From positions 1-25,329 of the forward strand of contig CAJINV010000051.1 in NCBI GenBank assembly GCA_905178155.1: 25,329 bases of DNA, read 5' to 3'. This DNA comes from Amoebophrya sp. A120. Its lineage: Eukaryota; Protista; Dinoflagellata. A program made the translations under genes and the position numbers. The notes beneath the pieces are model-generated. The model ran no database searches, had not been told where the DNA came from, and worked only from the letters and a program-made list of their open reading frames with translations. Shown here piece by piece: positions 21,301 to 25,329 of the stretch (its first letter is position 1; each line of letters starts with the position of its first letter).

Positions 21301-24300
21301 GTCATTGTCAGCTTGGTCGCGTTCCGTCGGTGGTCGGGAGACAGGGACTTTGCCTTGGACGAAGCACCACTTGCACTTCCACCGGCTACCCCGGTAGTTG
21401 TTGCGTAATTGAATTTATCAGATGCAAAAATGTCTGGGTCTGGAATGTTTATGTTGCCGGGCTTGTCATGCATATTTTGCATGACTCCTGACGTCTGTGA
21501 TGTATGCCCTAGCATCACACACTTTGTGAGGGCTTCTTGATGCCTATTCCAATTCCGCATGAGAAATGCCCTCCCGCCGGGGCAAAAACTGGACCGTTTT
21601 TGGTGCTGTTCATGCAATACAGATTTTTGTAGCATCCAAATGGAGCATCACAAGTTCGCACCCTTCCAGACCCAGACATTTTTGCAGTTGATAGAATTCT
21701 TGCGGCGTCGCTAGCAGTTCGTCCAACTGGTTTTCGCCAATACGCAGACCGGGAGACTTGGACGGAGATTTCTGTTTAGTTTTTGGAATAGCAACCACGA
21801 CCTGGGATGATCCCCCTCCGTTGTGGGCATGATGGCTAGAGTTCGAACTCCTCGAGTTGTCCACGATCGCAGCGCTTTTGCCACCGCTGTCATACAACTG
21901 GGTAGAACAAGTTGTGGCGGTTGAAAACCGAACTGCACGGCTTGCCGCAGCACGGAATTTCACGTTTGGACTTTCGCTCGCTGCGTTCCGGAGATTATGG
22001 TGCTGCTGTCTAGACGATGACGCGGTTGAACTACCTGGTCGACCATTTTGGGCCGACGTGTGGTTAATTATATCTTGTTGCCCTCTACCAGTATTGTGGT
22101 CCTTAGCAGCGATCGCAACGCCCAAGTGGTTGTAGATCAGAGAAGATGAAGAAGTGGAGCTGTGGCTGCTATAATTCGACACCGCAGCTATCCTGCCACC
22201 ATTGCTTGCAGTCGCCCCACCAGTACCACGTGCGTAAGAACTCGCTCCCGCAGCCGCGGCTCCGAAGTAGTGAATCCGCTCCTGGTGGTGGTCTCCTGCC
22301 CCGCGTCCCGAAGTAAATTGATGATCGTTCGAGCCCCCAATGGCGTAGTGGTCCAATACCGCCCGTGGGTCTTCGTCGTCCACCAGCTTCGGGGAGTAGT
22401 GGGACGCGGGCGAGTTATTCGCGGACGTAACGTGCGGGCCGCGAATGTAATCGCGATACCCACGCGTCCCGAGCTTATTCTGGTTCGCACTGTTCCCCGC
22501 CTGCGTTTTGCTGTACTGCAGAATCTGCCGGAAGTCGCGGAGCACCTGGATGCCGATCCCCCGGCAGGTGTCCACGGGCTTCACCAGCCACAGGTTCTGC
22601 GTGCCGTCCAGGCAAGTGACGCTGTTCGCCAACTTGTACGAATCCTGAATCTGCTCGACGTCGTCACGGTCCGGGGGTCCCTGCTTTGCTGCAGGAAAGT
22701 TTGCATGAGCACTTGGTGCACCACCTCCACCGGGAAGATGCTGCATCGCGTGAGCGGAGTAGGGGGAGAAATACGCCGCTGGGTTTGCCGCCGGCGCGAC
22801 GCTAACCACCGTAGCTTTCATCTTCCCGAATTGCAGCCCGTTTTGAAGATGTCGGTCGTGGCCATCTCGTTTGGTTTGCGGACTACTACTTCTCGTGCCG
22901 TCACGGCTACCATCAAAAGTTGTAGCATACCCTCCTGGTCCTCTTGTTGATGTGCTGGAGGTGCCCGAAACGGCACAAGAACTTCTGAAACCCTCTCGAC
23001 TGCTGCCGCTGCTGCTACTACTTGACGAGGATCTAGACGAAGGCGCGGCCGAGATGAGGTCTTCGCTTTTGCTAAATGCTTGTTGAGCGGTACTTCTACT
23101 AGTACGATCATTCAAAAATAACCCGTCCTCTTCTTCCTCCTCCTCATCCACCGGTAAACCCCACTTCAACCGCTTCGCGATCCGCTGTTCCTCCTGCTGT
23201 CGCCGCCTCTCCTCCTCCCGCTGCACCTGCGAATGTATGGCGCTGCGCGGAGACGTGGCACTGCTAGTAGCTGACGTGCTTCCAGCAGCTCCAGGTCTTC
23301 CACCAGCTCCTGCACTAGTACTACTTCCGATCAATATATTTTGATTTTCTGATGACGACCCGCTCCCGCTGGCGTTCCCAGAAGAAGATGAAGAAGACGA
23401 TTCCCCACCCGCTGTTGTAGAAGAGGAGGCTGCGGAGGAGCTCGAAGAGCTTCTTCGCGGAGATGGAGATGTGCGAGACGAGGAGGAATTTTTGTGCATC
23501 GTCATCGTGTGAAAAGTATAATCATTTTTGCTGCTTTTATTGCTCCGGTCAGGTGCCGCACCGGAATGAAGACCCGTCGTTCCTCCACCGCGGCCCGGGG
23601 AAAGAGCAGAGCCGCGGTGCTCGGGCGACGGTCTATTGCTAGAAGTACCTCCGGGAGATGATGATGCCGTGGCAGTGAATGCCGAAGATGCCACGCCTCC
23701 TCGCCGACTGTTTGCTCCTGTAGTTGAGGCAGGAGCTGCCCCAGGTGGCGGGGACAGCGAGTTCTTGGACGATGAAGATGAACTTGGTGCAATAACAACC
23801 GCAGCGGTCGTAGTCGCCAATGCAGCCGCGCTTCCGCTTGCTCTCTCCACCACGGCCGCGTGGTCCGCTTCTTTGTCCAGGGAAACCGCCACCGCTTGCT
23901 TTTTTTGCGCGCTGCGTTCTTGTTTCGTGCGGCTTTTCATACTTCTGCGTGACGTTGAGGCGTTGCTGCTGTCCAACACCGCGTTCGGGCCGCCGACGAA
24001 GTTCTTCACGGCCAGCCGCCGTCCCACCTGCTCCACGACCTGCCAATGCTCGGTGCTCAGATCCACGTGCTGCTGCTTCTGCAGGGCGTCTCGAAGCGGC
24101 CGCCAATCCTCCAAGCAGGTGGAGGTTAGTTGGTTGCCCTTGGACGAGCACCTGGTCGTGCCCCCGGGCGAGTGGTGATCTACGAAAGCGGATGACGACA
24201 CTATTCTCATGCCACCGGCAGAAGCTGCGGCGGACGATGATCCAGCAAATAACGACCTCCCTGCAGAGGACGAGGAGGAGCCTCCGCCTCCCATGATTGA

Positions 24301-25329
24301 CGAAGATCCTATGCCGACTCCCGCGCGCTGCATGACCACCACGTCTTCGGGGGGGCGCAGGAAACTCCAGATTAGGGTGTTGGTCAGCAGCTTGTCGAGT
24401 TTCTCTAGGTATTTCTCAGCAATGTGGTACCCCTCCTCTATTGTCGGAATGGAACTTTTCGAGACAATTTTGCTCATGTAACTGCTTGGAAAATTCGACG
24501 GTCGCTTTGTTTTACTCGTCGCAAGAGCTCCTGATCTTGCCGTCCCACCTGTCTTCATTGACCAATTCGGATCCTCCTCAGCTGAAGCCGCTCCGCCCTC
24601 CTGCTCCGCGGCAAAAGCCGCAATGTCGTCGTCGATCGCGTTGGTTCCGCCCCCCATTCGGGTTTCCGCGCAAATCTGGGAGAACTGCGAGACCGCCCGA
24701 AACTGCTGCGCAATGGCCGCGTTGGCGGCGACCAGGTGTGAGGGCGGTGACCAGGCTTTTTTCTTCATCTCCGTCAGCTGATTCAGATTGTCGTTGAGTT
24801 GCTGCAACATCTGGGGGTGGAAGTTCGAGTCGCGAATTGGGTTCACTGCGCCTGCACAACTCAGCGTCAATTGCTTGCAGAGTTGATCGATTTGCTGTTT
24901 GTTTTCCACGACGCCGGGCGTGCCGGTGATCCCCGTTTGGTCAAACAGGCTGTTCTCTTGCTGCAGCTGCAGCAACCGGGCCTGCAACTCCTCAAACTCC
25001 TCCTGCCACTGGCCCTCCAGATCCCGCCAATACAGCAGTCGTTTGCACTCCTGCAGCTGGTAGTAATAGACAAACTGCTCCAACGTGGACACGTTGGACA
25101 GGTCAAAGGTCGGCGGGACGCCCGACAACATCATGACGCGGTGCAGCGCGAGGTCTTCCAGCGGGGAACAGGCGAGGTTCTGCAGCAACTGCTTGCACGC
25201 GCCGGGCCGCGACTGCGCGTCCTCGCCGGCGTCCTCGGTCGGCTTTTCGGATGCGGACGAGTCCGAGTCGCTGTAGATCGAAAAGCTCGTCGTCCTGGTA
25301 GAAGTGGCCCTCGTAGAAGTGGCTCCACC
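18375..25329 (-). CDS. TTLL3: Tubulin-tyrosine-ligase-like protein, TTLL3/TTLL8 glycylase-like, >1820 aa, 5' end outside window; exons 25329..21694, 21410..21162, 20953..20894, 20635..19471, 19213..19164, 18861..18797, 18612..18375
   Basis: Motifs occur in the expected order: DGTQNLWLVKPVDTCRGIGI, YLAQKYIERPLVI, KFDIRQWVLVT, WFYEDCYLRFA, HLTNNAV, MWHSDRF, SFEIFGYDFMVD, WLIEVNANPDLSYST. The frame is open to the window edge and all exon phases are consistent. The subfamily call rests on remembered motifs (RQW, WFY..Y.RF). Confidence 0.88.
18618..18796. mobile_element. Introner/MITE-like element D (179 bp); 184-nt intron
   Basis: TIR TATCCAC...TTTCCGTACGCACCGTACA versus TATGCAC...TTTCCGTGCGCAACGTACA; repeats TTCCG/TTCTG. 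Removal joins SDQ to NSLAKY in frame. Confidence 0.85.
18863..19159. mobile_element. Introner/MITE-like element C (297 bp); 302-nt intron
   Basis: TIR TATCAACTGCAAATAACTATGT versus TATGCATCGCAAATATCATGT; degenerate repeats CGACC/GGAGC. Removal gives LVPLM(V/L)ADAAHVVF. Internal 19-nt duplication TGATCGCTCCACGAAGACG at 18890 and 18926. Confidence 0.8.
19219..19470. mobile_element. Introner/MITE-like element B (252 bp); 257-nt intron
   Basis: 30-bp TIR TATCAACTGTAAAAATGTCTGGGTCTGGAA (2 mismatches) and perfect GGTTT repeat. Removal rebuilds WLIEVNANPDLSY. Confidence 0.95.
20641..20893. mobile_element. Introner/MITE-like element E (253 bp); 258-nt intron
   Basis: TIR TATGCAACGAA...TACAGTTACACA at both ends; repeats CCAGA/CCAGG. 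It contains an in-frame stop, and removal gives SATW|PPSG. Confidence 0.92.
20959..21161. mobile_element. Introner/MITE-like element F (203 bp); 208-nt intron
   Basis: TIR TGTCATGTGTAAAATAAAC-GTCCCCA versus TATCCTGAGTAAAATAAACTACGTCCCCA; perfect CAGGT repeat. Removal rebuilds RYL|AQKYIERPL. Confidence 0.93.
21416..21693. mobile_element. Introner/MITE-like element A (278 bp); 283-nt intron
   Basis: 30-bp TIR TATCA..TGCAAAAATGTCTGGGTCTGGAA (2 mismatches) and perfect GAATT repeat. Removal gives PQEF|NYATT in frame. Confidence 0.95.

Noticed and set aside
3910-21635. Stop-codon reassignment or pseudogenisation as the cause of broken ORFs
   Set aside because: Apart from the 1314-1436 junction, the breaks coincide with TIR/TSD elements or canonical introns, and multi-kb exons are stop-free under the standard code.
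795-24797. Many plus-strand ORFs (e.g. 2163..2810, 4055..4573, 22162..22950, 23636..24178)
   Set aside because: They are antisense shadows of long minus-strand coding regions and have no motifs.
25294-25323. 15-nt tandem repeat encoding ATSTR twice
   Set aside because: Ordinary low-complexity coding duplication.

Overview
Eukaryotic, gene-dense window with five protein-coding genes, all on the minus strand. Gene structure resembles syndinean dinoflagellates such as Amoebophrya; this is inferred, not confirmed. Left to right: (1) a 3'-truncated protein with two C-x2-C-x12-H-x5-H zinc fingers; (2) a ~1220 aa low-complexity protein; (3) a 5-exon ~269 aa protein with an NBR1/ILRUN-type FW (Ig-like) domain; (4) an intronless predicted type I membrane protein with a tandemly duplicated ~180 aa ectodomain; (5) a 5'-truncated >1800 aa TTLL3/8-like tubulin glycylase. 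The main signal is eight 179-301 bp MITE-like elements inside coding sequence. Each has terminal inverted repeats starting TAT[CG] (15 of 16 ends) and a 5-bp flanking direct repeat. Removing the element plus one repeat copy restores the reading frame in all eight cases and rebuilds conserved TTL motifs, yet seven of the eight cannot be read as GT-AG. One family occurs in both orientations relative to transcription, which points to orientation-independent, non-canonical removal. Canonical GT-AG and GC-AG introns occur alongside them. All gene models and alignments were made by hand from sequence alone.
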